In this document: one piece after another, positions 50,035 through 61,206 of the stretch | How positions within the stretch are numbered: the first letter of the stretch is position 1 | Layout: every line of letters starts with the position of its first letter | NCBI GenBank assembly: GCA_030390025.1 | Contig: CM059432.1 | Span: 142,664,001-142,728,000 of the forward strand | DNA from: Squalus acanthias | Taxonomy: Eukaryota | DNA: 64,000 nucleotides | Direction of reading: 5' to 3' | Notes under the pieces: generated by a model | The model's database searches: none | What the model was told of the DNA's origin: nothing | Seen by the model: only the letters and a program-made list of their open reading frames with translations | Program-made: the position numbers and the translations under genes

Positions 50035-50760
50035 CTTGCATTCATCTCAAGTCTTTAACTTAGAAAAATGTCCCAAAATGCTTCACAGAGGCAGAATCAG
50101 AACAAAATGGACGCCAAGCCAAAGAAGGTAATATTTCGAGGGGCAACCAAATGCTTGGTCAAAGAGGCAGGTTCGAAGGAGGGTCTTAAAGGAGGAGAGG
50201 GAGGCAGAGAGGTTTAGGGAGGGAATTTCGGGGTGTGTGGTCTCGGCACAGCTGAAGGCACGGCCGCCAATGGTGGGGGGAAGAGAGGGAGGTTCAGAAG
50301 AGGCCAGAATTGGAGCAGCAGAAAATTCTCGGAAGGTTGTGGGGCTGGAGGAGGTTATAGAGTTAGGGAGGGGGGGGCGAGGTCATGGTGAGATTTAAAC
50401 ACAAGGATGAGAGTTTTAAAATCAAGGCGTTGCTGGACTGGGAGCCAGTATAGGTCAATGAGCACAGGGGAGATGGGTGAACGGGACTTGGTGCGAGTTA
50501 GGATACGGGCAGTGGGGTTTTGGATGAGCTGAAATTTATGGCGGGTGAAAGACGGGAAGCCAGCCAGGAGAGCATTGGAATAGTTGAGTATGGAGGTGGC
50601 AAAGGCACGGATGATGGTTTCAACAGCAGATGGGCTGAGGAAGGGGCAGAGACGGGCGATGTTGCGCAAGTGGAAGTAGGTGGTCTTGGTGTCAAATATG
50701 ACGCCAAGGTTGTGAATAATCTGGTTCAGACTGAGAAATTGACCAGAGAGAGGAATGGTA
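50035..50760 (-). mobile_element. L2-clade LINE 3' fragment
   Basis: RNIARLCPFLS..LNYSNALLAGFP..LYWLPVQQRLDFK. Confidence 0.8.
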
Positions 50761-50929
50761 TCAAATTATGAGGTAGCTGATTCTACAGTGTTGGGTCTGT
50801 GCTGAGCGAGCAGATTTCTCCTGGGATAGATATGGGGAGCCCATTCCACTATGGGAAAGCACGCTTGTGTGAATATTGGGTAGTACATAACTGGTCTCAG
50901 CTCAGTGTGCTGCTGTTATTGGCTCATCT

Positions 50930-51335
50930 CAATTTAAAAAGTCTCATCCTTATTTTCAAATCCCTCCGTGGCCTCGCCCCTCCCTATCTCTGTAACCTCC
51001 TCCAGCCCTACAACCCTCTGAGATCTCTGCACTTCCCCCAATTCTGGCCTCTTGAGCATCCCTGATTTTAATCGTCCCACCATTGGTGGCCGTGCCTTCA
51101 GCTGCCGAGGCCCTAAGCTCTGGAATTCCCTCCCTAAACCACACCGCCTCGCTACCTCTCTCTCTCCTCCATTAAGACGCTCCTTAAAACCTACCTCTTT
51201 GACAAAGCTTTTGGTCACCTGTCCCGATATCTCCTTATGTAACTTGAGGTCAAATTTTGTTTGATAATCGCTCCTGTGAAGCGCCTTGGACATTTTATTA
51301 CGTTAAAGGTGCTATATAAATACAAGTTGTTGTTG
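50930..51335 (+). mobile_element. L2-clade LINE 3' fragment
   Basis: IFKSLRGLAPPYLCNLLQPY; GGRAFSCRGPKLWNSLP; (TTG)n tail. Confidence 0.8.
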
Positions 51336-51944
51336 TGAAACACACCTTGAAGTGAGGAGAGGGCAATGTGAATTTGTTTCTAAAACGGTTCCTGATTCTC
51401 CATCTTTTACACTTGCGAATTTGCGCATAATAGAGCAATTTCCCTGGTCTATGTGAAACAAAAAATAAGTTGATTTCCAGATTTCATCTCTGTCCTTGTA
51501 GCTGTACGAGGTTCGAAATGAGCTCACAGTGAATGTTAGTAACAATAATGAGTAACCTCTGGCACCAAACACTGAAATCAATATCATATTTAACTGATGT
51601 GCAATATATAGAGTTATGGAGAGCTGGGAGTCAGTAAGGAGGCTGTAATTTAATCAGTGTTTCAGATGATGTCATATGGTTTACAGACATTATCTGAAAC
51701 CTGGGATTAAATTGCAGCCTTTTACTCACCCACATCTCTTGGTTTAACTTACATGGCACTGACTCTGCACCCTGCTCCGAGTGTGACTTTTGGGCTCCAC
51801 ATGGGTGTGGCAACACATCGTTCCTGGGGTTTCAGCCTCAATCTGTCCTCCTTCTTGCAAAACTATCGTAGCTGATGTTCTGAATCCACCAGTTTTAACG
51901 TCTTAGCATCTTGATCACGGCTGTGAAAAAAACCAAAGAGACAT

Positions 51945-52500
51945 CAGTGCTATACCTTTATAAATCACCGGGTGAGGCCTCAGCTGGAGGATTGTGTCCA
52001 ATTCTGGGCACCGCACTTTAGGAAGGATGTCAAGGCCTTGGAGAGGGTGCAGAGGAGATTTACTAGAATTATACCAGGGATGAGGGACTTCAGTTATCTG
52101 GAGAGACTGGAGAAACTGGGATTGTTCTCCTTAGAGCAGAGAAGGTTCAGGGGAGATTAAATAGAGGTCATCAAAATCATGAGCGTAAATAAGGAGAAAC
52201 TGTTTCCACTGACAGGAGGGTCGGTAACCAAAAGGACACAGATTTAAGGTAAATGCCAAAAGAACCAGAGGATGGATCAGGAGAATTGTTTTACTCAGCG
52301 AGTTGTTGTTGATCTGGAACGCACTGCCTGAAAGGGCAGTGGAAGCAGATTCAATAGTAACTTTCAAATGGGAATTGGATAATTACTTGAAAAGGAGAAA
52401 TTTGCTGGGCAATGGGGAAAGAGCAGGGGATGGGTGGGACTGAAAGAGCCGGCACAGGCACGATGGGCTGAATGGCCTCCTTCTGCACTGTAAGATTCTG
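51945..52500 (+). mobile_element. CR1 3' fragment
   Basis: [31 protein letters not shown]. Confidence 0.8.
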
Positions 52501-53138
52501 ACTGGCCAAGTGCCCTGTTATCAGCAGATGGGCATTGCTCAGATGGCATTGAGTGGGTATTGAAATTACTGCCAAGTGGATTCAACCAGTGTTGTCCAAT
52601 AGAAATCATTGACTGGCTACAGGCGTTGCTATGGGCAGCACCATTTTATCCACATGCACTAATTTAAGTAGAAAACTCCTTTCACATAAATCAGGTCAAT
52701 GTACTTCTCTTCTGTACATTTACTTAACAAACATCTCCCACCATTCAATAACCAAGGGAGTAAAGCTGTCACAATGATCAAAAAACACTCACACACTCTG
52801 CTTTTCATCTTAGCATTTTAGCCAGAAATGCACAAAAAGGTGCAAGTTCACACCGTGCGAATTGAGATGCAAGTGGAGGCAAAAAGGACTCATTTTGTGG
52901 TACTGTGCTCCATGCCTCAAAGACGCCTAAAATACATCCGGCCCCATCTTCGGTCGGGCGGGCGGTCGGTTTTTCAGGCGTCCCTGGCAGCCACCTAAAA
53001 CAGGCGTTAGGCCCCCTACATATGTTAATGAGAAGCCTAACGCCTAGGGTTGCCAACTCTCCAGGATTGGCCTGGAGTCTCCAGGAATTGAATATTAATC
53101 TCCAGGACACTGTGCTGCGAGCAATCCAGCAAAAAGAT

Positions 53139-53417
53139 CCATGGCCTCGCCCCTCCCGATCTCTGTCACCTCCTCCAGCCCTACAAACCTCCGAGATCTC
53201 TGCACTCCTCTAATTCTGCACTCTTGAGCATCTCCCACTCCCTTCACTCCACCATTGGCGGCCGTGCCTTCAGCTGCCTAGGCCCTAAGCTCTGGAATTC
53301 CCTCGCAAACCTTTCCACCTCCTGTAAGACGCTCTTTTGTCTGATAACGCTCCTGTGAAGCGCCTTGGGACGTTTTACTACGTTAAAGTGTTATATAAAT
53401 GCAAGTTGTTGTTGTTG
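53139..53417 (+). mobile_element. L2-clade LINE 3' fragment
   Basis: Matches the other L2 tails, ending ATAAATGCAAGTTGTTGTTG. Confidence 0.7.
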
Positions 53418-54252
53418 TTCAAGTGGCTGTGGGGTGAAATTATGATAAATCAGCGTAATAACCAGAAACTAACCACCGAACCTTTGCCAAGAACTCCAGG
53501 AAAGTGTTGGGAAAAAGCAGCTGTAATGGGAAGCAGAAGATGATATGTTGTCGATCAATGTTTGAAGCACTAGGTGACAAGCACCCAAAGAACGAGGATA
53601 TCAAAGCGCCTTTTCTCCTGGCGAATTTTGTTTGCAATCTTTGGGTGATTTGAACCCAAAGGTCACGGAAGCTGAGAGAGGTGGGATCCATCACTTTGCT
53701 GTAGTTATGTGTGGGCTTGCTCGGTTTCATGCTGCAAGATTACTTGAGTCAGAAGTTGCTGTCAGTAACTGAGCAGCATTGATATTAAACTGGACAACCC
53801 TAATGTTTCACTGCCACAAAGTGAAACATGAGTTGGTCCCGGAGCGGCACAGTAGTTAATAAGATCTTTACAAGCACACAGGAGGTACTGTCTCTGCAAT
53901 GAATACCTTCAAGAGACAATCTATTATGCTGCAGTGCTGGATCAGTGATGGTCAATACATCAGCCACATGTGGATAATTGGGAATCCAGATGTGGCTAAT
54001 TACGAGTCTGATTAGTAAATAAACATCATCATTGCGCCTGTGACCTCAATACTCAGAATCGTGGACATGTGAACTTTAACCTGTTTTGTGCGTTGGTTGG
54101 TGAAGTGCTACGGTGAGAAGCAGAGTGTGCAGGTGTTTTTCGATCCTTGTGAGTGCTTTACTTCCTTGGTTACCGAATGGTGGTAGATATTAGTTTAATA
54201 AATATACAAGTGTGAAGTACATTTACCTGTATTGTGTGTGTGTGTAAGGCGT

Positions 54253-54283
<31 letters not shown>

Positions 54284-55927
54284 AAGAACTTACATTTATA
54301 TAGCGCCTTTCACAACCTCAGACGTCCCAGAGCGCTTTACAGCCAATGAAGTACTTTCTGAAGTGTCGTCGCTGTTGTAATGTAGGAAACGCGGCAGACA
54401 ATTTGCACACAGCAAGATCCCACAAACAGCAATGTGATAATGCCCAGATAATCTGTTTTTAGTGATGTTGGTTGAGGGATAAATATTGGCCAGGACACTG
54501 GGGAGAACTCCCCTGCTCTTCTTTGAAATAGTGCCATGGGATATTTTACTCGCACCTGAGAGGGTAGATAGGGCCTCTTTTTAACATTTCATCTGAAAGA
54601 CAGGACCTTTGACAGTGCAGCACTCCCTCAGTACTGCCCCTCCGACAGTGCAGCACTCCCTCAGTACTGACCCTCCAACAGTGCAGCACTCCCTCAGTAC
54701 TGACCCTCCAACAGTGCAGCGCTCCCTCAGTACTGATCCTCCGATAGTGCAGCACCCCCACAGTACTGCCCCTCCGACAGTGCAGCGCTCTCTCAGTACT
54801 GACTCTCCGACAGTGCAGCTCCCTCAGTACTGCCCCTCCGACAGTGCGGCGCTCCATCAGTACTGCACCTCCGACAGTGCGGCGCTCCCTCAGTACTGCC
54901 CCTCTGACAGTGCAGCGCTACCTCAGTACTGACCCTCCAACAGTGCAGCGCTCTCTCAGTACTGACTCTCCGACAGTGCAGCTCCCTCAGTACTGCCCCT
55001 CCGACAGTGCGGCGCTCCATCAGTACTGCACCTCCGACAGTGCAGCACCCCCACAGTACTGCCCCTCCGACAGTGCAGCACTCCCTCAGTACTGACCCTC
55101 CAACAGTGCAGCGCTCCCTCAGTACTGATCCTCCGACAGTGCAGCACCCCCACAGTACTGCCCCTCCGACAGTGCAGCGCTCTCTCAGTACAGCCCCTCC
55201 GACAGTGCAGCTCCCTCAGTACTGCCCCTCCGACAGTGCGGCGCTCCATCAGTACTGCACCTCCGACAGTGCGGCGCTCCCTCAGTACTGCCCCTCCGAC
55301 AGTGCAGCGCTACCTCAGTACTGTCCCTCCAACAGTGCAGCGCTACCTCAGTACTGCCCTTCCAACAGTGCGGCGCTCCCTCAGTACTGCCCCTCCAACA
55401 GTGCAGCGCTCCCTCAGTACTGCCCCTCCGACAGTGCGGCGCTCTCTCAGTACTCCCCCTCCGACAGTGCGGCGCTCCCTCAGTACTGCCCCTCCGACAG
55501 TGTGGCGCTCCCTCAGTACTCCCCCTCCGACAGTGCGGCGCTCCCTCAGTACTGACCCTCCGACAGTGCGGCGCTCCCTCAGTACTGCCCCTCCGATAGT
55601 GTGGCGCTCCCTCAGTACTGACCCTCCGACAGTGCGGCACTCCCTCAGTACTGCCCCTCTGACAGTGCGGCGCTCCCTCAGTACTGCCCCTCCAACAGTG
55701 CGGCGCTCCCTCAGTACTGACCCTCTGACAGTGCGGCGCTCCCTCAGTACTGACCCTCTGACAGTGCGGCGCTCCCTCAGTACTGCCCCTCCGACAGTGC
55801 GGCACTCCCTCAGTACTGCACTGGGAGTGTCAGCCTGGATTTTGTGCGCAAGTCTCTGGAGGGGGACTTGAACCCACAATCTTCCGACTCAGAGGTGAGA
55901 GTGCTATTCATTGAGCCACGACTGACA
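54253..55927 (-). mobile_element. Full DeuSINE containing a 33-bp array
   Basis: (AAAG)n tail, core, array, then tRNA-like head ending GAGCCACG. Confidence 0.88.
54611..55818. repeat. 33-bp minisatellite, about 37 copies
   Basis: Same unit family as 38809-43254, with different diagnostic variants. Confidence 0.96.
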
Positions 55928-56416
55928 TTACTAAAATTACTGCTTGTGGCTGAAATGTTGTTGCTGTAGTCACACCTGTGGCTGGTCAATGATTTCTATT
56001 GGAAAACACTGGGATAAAAGATGAAAACGTTTCCACTTTGTGACCAGCTCAGAAAACTGTCTCCTTCTTGTCAAACTGCAAGAACAAGCTGCAGATGTCA
56101 AGAAAATTATGGTTTATATAAATTAATGGATTTCACCACCCATTTTCAAGCAGTTTTCGGATGCAAAACTGAGCAAAATAGTGCATTAAGGCCGACTTTA
56201 AAAAAACTGCACCAGAATTATCATCTGAGAAAACCACTTGTTCAGAACCCGCCTCACCACATTTAAGTGGGGTTGGGTAATCTTACATTTCTTTTTTATT
56301 CATTCTCAGGATGTGGTTGTCACTGGCAAGGCTGCCATTTATTGCCCTTCCCCAGTACAACTGAATGGCTTACAGTTAAGAGTCAACTAACTCAGTGTGG
56401 GACTGGCGTCACATAT

Positions 56417-56812
56417 CCTTCTTCTTAGGCAGTCCCTCGGAACCGAGGATGACTTGCTTCCACATTAAAAATGAGTTCTCAGGTGACTGATGAGTCCAAT
56501 GCGGGACCTACAGTCTCTGTCACAGGTGGGGCAGACGGTGGTTGAAGGGGCGGGTGGGTGGGGCGCTTGGGTTGACGTGCGCTCCTTGCGCTGCCTGCGC
56601 TTGGCTTCCGCTTGCTCCCGGCGAAGAGACTCGAGGTGTTCGGCGCCTTCCCGGATGCTTCTCCTCCACTTTGTGCGGTCTTGGGGCCAGGGATTCCCAG
56701 GTGTCGGTGGGGATGTTGCACTTTTTCAAGGAGGCTTTGAGGGTGTCCTTGAAGCGTTTCCTCTGCCCACCTGGGGCTCTCTTGCTGTGTCGGAGCTCCG
56801 AGTAGAGCGCTT
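56417..56812 (-). mobile_element. RTE-clade LINE 3' fragment inserted in a second-family SINE (56290-57065)
   Basis: Near-identical to 19213-19667; flanked by duplicated TGGMGTCACATAT. Confidence 0.88.
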
Positions 56813-57728
56813 GTTTTATGGAGTCACATATAGGCCCAGACCAGGTAAGGACAGCAGGTTACCTTCCCTAAAGGACATCAGTGAACCAATTGGTTTTTAC
56901 GACAATCCGCCAGCTTCACGGTCACTTTTACTGATAAAAATATTTCCAAATTATTCAAATTCTCAGACTACTGTGGTGCAATTTGAACTCTTGTTATTTG
57001 GCTATCAGTCCAGGACTCTGGAGTACTAAATCATTAACATAACCACTACACCACCACACCCGTATAACGTGAGCTATTCACAGGTCCAGGATGAGGGTGG
57101 TTGATCAGGCTGCCTGCTTCTCTGGACAAAGGCTGAAACAAATCCTGCCCCCCCTATGCCGCCACTTACCCACTGGTCGGATTGTCCGCTTTCCCCATTG
57201 GGCTTGTTCCCAGCAAAGGCCCAAAGCTGTGTTGGCGGCTCTCAATAATTATTCGAATGAGCTGAATCATAAGGTTGTGGAGGGCGACTTACTACGAAAA
57301 CCTCGGTTGTGTCGATCGCAGAAAACCTTCGGCAGAGAGATGGGTGACCTGGGGTGGTTAAAAAAAACAACAACCCCACAATTAGAACGCAACAAGTTCC
57401 AGCAGCAGAAGCTTAGCTCATTTTCAGTGTTGGGGTGAAGGTCAGGTTCACGATCAAGACTAGAGGTCAATTGGTGCAAGAAAAGAAAAATGGATGATGC
57501 CCTAGCCAAAATTCTTTTTGAGACCTGTTCCTCACAGACTGAAATGGAATAATTTGGGATTTTGCATATTTTCCCAGACAATATAAAACCAAATGGTACA
57601 ATTTTAAAGCGGGTGTGGGAACAGAAAGATCTGGGGGTTCACGTACACAAGTCTTTGAAGGTGGCAGGACAAGTTGAGAAGGCTGTTAAAAAAGCATATG
57701 GGACCCTTGGCTTTATTAATAGAGTCAT

Positions 57729-58563
57729 CGGGGGTGATTTTGCCAATGGGGAGCTTTTGGGGGCGGGACTCCCACTTGTCGGGTTTCAGTCCCGCCTCCA
57801 TCAACTTCTGGCCAACCCACGCTATTTTCCTTTGATTGACCTTGTTAAACCGGCCCAGCGGGTTTAGCAGGCCAATTAAGGGAAAGCTGGTTACAGAGAA
57901 CGTCAACGTATAACGTTTCATCTGTCAAAAATTTTTGACAGATGAATTGTCATCGTTTGACAGCTCTGTGAAGCTGTCAAACACTGACATTCTCTGTAGT
58001 TTGATGAGGTCTTGAATTCAAGACCTCATCAAACCTCTTTCTTTTGCAGAAATTAGATGGTTGTTGTATTGCAGAATGCAGCGGCCATCCGTCATCTCTG
58101 CCGCGGAGGTGCGAGACTCTCCGCATACCCAAATCTTGAAGCCTGCAGGAAGAAACAAAGGTAAGTAAACTTTTTCTAACACTTTCCACTTACCTCACAT
58201 ACTCAACACTTCACACTTGCACCCATCACTCACCTTCACAGCGCACTTTTGCACCCCTCCGACCCCCGCAGACCCACTACTCGCCTCGGTGACCCTGGCA
58301 GGGTTCGGAGCCTTCGGGAAGCCCGCACTTGTGTGGGCAAAATGGGGATAATCCTCTTATCTGCCTGTTAACTACCTGTTAACAGGTAGATAAGTGGCAC
58401 TAATCCCCTTCCTGCCTCCAAGGAGACGGGACCCGGCGCGGGTCGTCTACCTGCCTCCTGGCAAGATGGCACAGAGGCGGGTTGGGCACCCGCCCCCAAA
58501 TTCTGCATTTTCCTGGCAGTCCAGCCTCCATACCCACCTCCCCAGGGCTGGCAAGATCGTGTC
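57729..58563 (-). mobile_element. Non-autonomous TIR element (family of 8119-8915)
   Basis: GGGGGTGATTTTGCCA..TGGCAAGATCGTGTC; splits the CR1 frame at INR|IEYK. Confidence 0.75.
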
Positions 58564-59040
58564 CATAGAGTACAAAAGCAAGGAGGTTCTGCTAAACTTT
58601 TATAAATCACGGGTTAGGCCCCAGCTGGAGTATTGTGGCCAATTCTGGGCACCACGCTTTTAGGAAGGATGTCAAGGCCTTAGAGAGGGTGCAGAGTAGA
58701 TTTACATGAATGGCCCCTGGGATGAGGGACTTCAGTTATGTGCGAGACTAGAAACTGGGGTTGGTCTCCTTTGAGCAGAGAAGGTTAGGGCGAGATTTGA
58801 AAGAGGTGTTCAAAATCCTGAATGGTTAAAATAGAATAAATAAGGAGAAACTGTTTCCAGTGGCAGAAGGGTCGGTAACCAGAGGACACAGATTTAAGGT
58901 GACTGGCAAAAGAACCAGAGGAGAGATGAGGAAACATTATTTTATGCAGCGAGTTGTTATGATCTGGAACGCACTGCCTGAAAGGGTGGTGGAAGCAGAT
59001 TCAATAATAACTTTCAAAAGGAAATTGGATAAATACTTAA

Positions 59041-59833
59041 GGGGGAAAAATTCGGTTGGTTAGTGGCTCCTGTTTGCGCTAACGGGGCGCTAGGAACTTA
59101 GCTCCCGAGTGCGCCGATTTTAGCGCCGCTCGCGAAATTGACCAGTCGTTTTGCGGCGGCGCTATACACTACCGCCACGATCTCCTGCGCCCACAGATCG
59201 TGACGTCAGTCAAGCGTGCAACGCCCCGGTAGCCCCCCGGACCGGATATTGAGTCGCGCCCCCTGCCTTAGCGCCTGCCGCTAGGAACGACAGGTAGAGG
59301 GAAACGTTTTCAAGTCGGGGAGGGGCTGGGGGAGCGCTATTTAAAGGCGGTCTCTTCCTGCCTTTTCTTGTCGGCAAAATTTTTGGTTTTAACGCTGTCC
59401 TAAGGAGTTTTGGCCCTCAGCACCACTTTTGAGGTTCCTAAGCGCCGAGCTCTTTCCCTGGGCCTGTCCATTAGGGCTTCCAACACAATTTCTTTCGAGG
59501 TCTCTCCAGGCCGAGATTCCAGGCTGCAATGAGCAGGGTGTGGCTGGCCAGCAAGATGGCCCCTCCCCTTTACGAACTGGACGGCGCCAGTCTCTCTGGC
59601 TTCCATGGTAACTGGCATCGCCTGAGCTTCGGTAGCGTTCTGAGGTAGCGCCTCGCTCCCTGACGTTTGCACCTTAAGAGAGGTGTGTAGCACCTGATTT
59701 AGCGCTCAAATCACCTCCAGGGGCGTTAGAGGCGAATTTTGCAGTCGAAGGCGATAATTAGCGCCGGGCACTAAACTTTGCGCCCGGCCGATATTAGCGC
59801 CCCAAAATGGGCGATACCTGAAATTTTTCCCCC
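59041..59833. mobile_element. Non-autonomous TIR element (family of 45338-46229)
   Basis: GGGGGAAAAATTCGG..CTGAAATTTTTCCCCC. Confidence 0.8.
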
Positions 59834-60751
59834 TTGAACAGTAAAAAATTACTGGGCAATGGAGAAAGAGGGGGAGTGGGACTAATTGGATAACTCTTTC
59901 AAAGAGCCGGCACAGGCACGATGGGCCGAATGGCCTCCTTCTTTGCTGTATGATTCTGTGATTCTATGAGTTGGATATAGGATGGGAGTTCCCAAAGCTC
60001 CCTCACTTTGGTAGAAGTACATTTGCAATTGGAATCTCATTATTCATCTGGTGGGCCTTATTTCCACACTCCACTGCCAAACACAATATGTTCGTAGTGC
60101 CATGCCTCATTGAACCGCTATTAGAAACAGCATTAATGTCAATGCTAATAGCAATAATTAAACTCGTGCTTTTATCTTTTACTTTCATCAGCTGAGCTCG
60201 ACACAGGAATCTACGACAGAATGCAGGGTTTGAAGACTGCGCAGCAAAGGTTCAGTTAACAGTACTGACTTCATCCGAACTCAGTAGCTGTGCAATATAA
60301 ATCACCTTTTGACATGTTAGCTTTAATTCGACTCAGCCCTCAGTCAGATGTTTGATCACATGCGAACAAGGGAAGCACTGTTTTCCCTGACACACTGCTT
60401 CATTCTGCAGTGAGTGAGGGCTGTGCACAATGCCATGAGGTTGTCAAGCGAACAAGGTCAGTGGAACCTATTAGAACTGGTCCAGTGAGCAGCTGATGTT
60501 GGCTGGAAGGTGCTCTGTGTATGGCCGGCAGATGAGCACCTGCTCACAGCTGTGCAAATCTGCTGAAAAAGATCTATTCCAGCTCACATGAGCACAGCAT
60601 CGGAAAATTTACTGAACTGTCAGCCGTGGTCAATCTGAGGCGACACAGTGAAAGTGTATGCAGTGAATGGAACGTGGTGGGGTTATCTATGATTCCTGTG
60701 AGTTACACGTCAGAACACCTTTGGGCAGTGAGATTTGAATGTCCCACTCAA

Positions 60752-61040
60752 CTACAACAACTTGCATTTATCTAGCGCCTTATAACGCCCCAAGGCGCTT
60801 CACGGGAGCGTTACAAACAACATTTGACACCGAGCCACCCAATGAGATATTAGGACAGGTGCTTGGTCAAAGAGGTGGGTTTTAAGGAGTGGTTTAGGGA
60901 GGGAGTTCCAGAGCTTAGGGCCCTGGCAGCTGATGGCACGGCCGCCAATGGTGGAGCGATTAAAATCGGGGACGGGCACGAGGCCAGGATTGCAGAGATC
61001 TCGGAGGGTTGCAGGGCTGGAGGAGGTTAGACAGATAGGG
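60752..61040 (-). mobile_element. L2-clade LINE 3' fragment
   Basis: CAACAACTTGCATTTAT terminus and family body. Confidence 0.7.
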
Positions 61041-61206
61041 ATTATTATTGTACCTGCAGCAGTGCGCTAAACCTCTCACTAAGTGGCTGACAATCACTGA
61101 CTGAGCTGATCTCTGTAACCTGTTGCTCATACCGCCGTAGAGTGCGCATGCCTCTTTTGGTCAAGTGACTCCGCTGGAAAGTCTGTGAAACTCAATGTAA
61201 AATGTA

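Larger units (their letters stand above)
57575..59970 (+). mobile_element. CR1 3' region interrupted by two TIR elements
   Basis: KDLGVHVHKSLKVAGQVEKAVKKAYG | IEYKSKEVLLNFYK | TRGHRFKV; ATTCTGTGATTCTATGA tail. Confidence 0.8.

Noticed and set aside
36243..55818. CRISPR-like periodic arrays
   Set aside because: Head-to-tail units with no unique spacers, no cas genes, vertebrate context.
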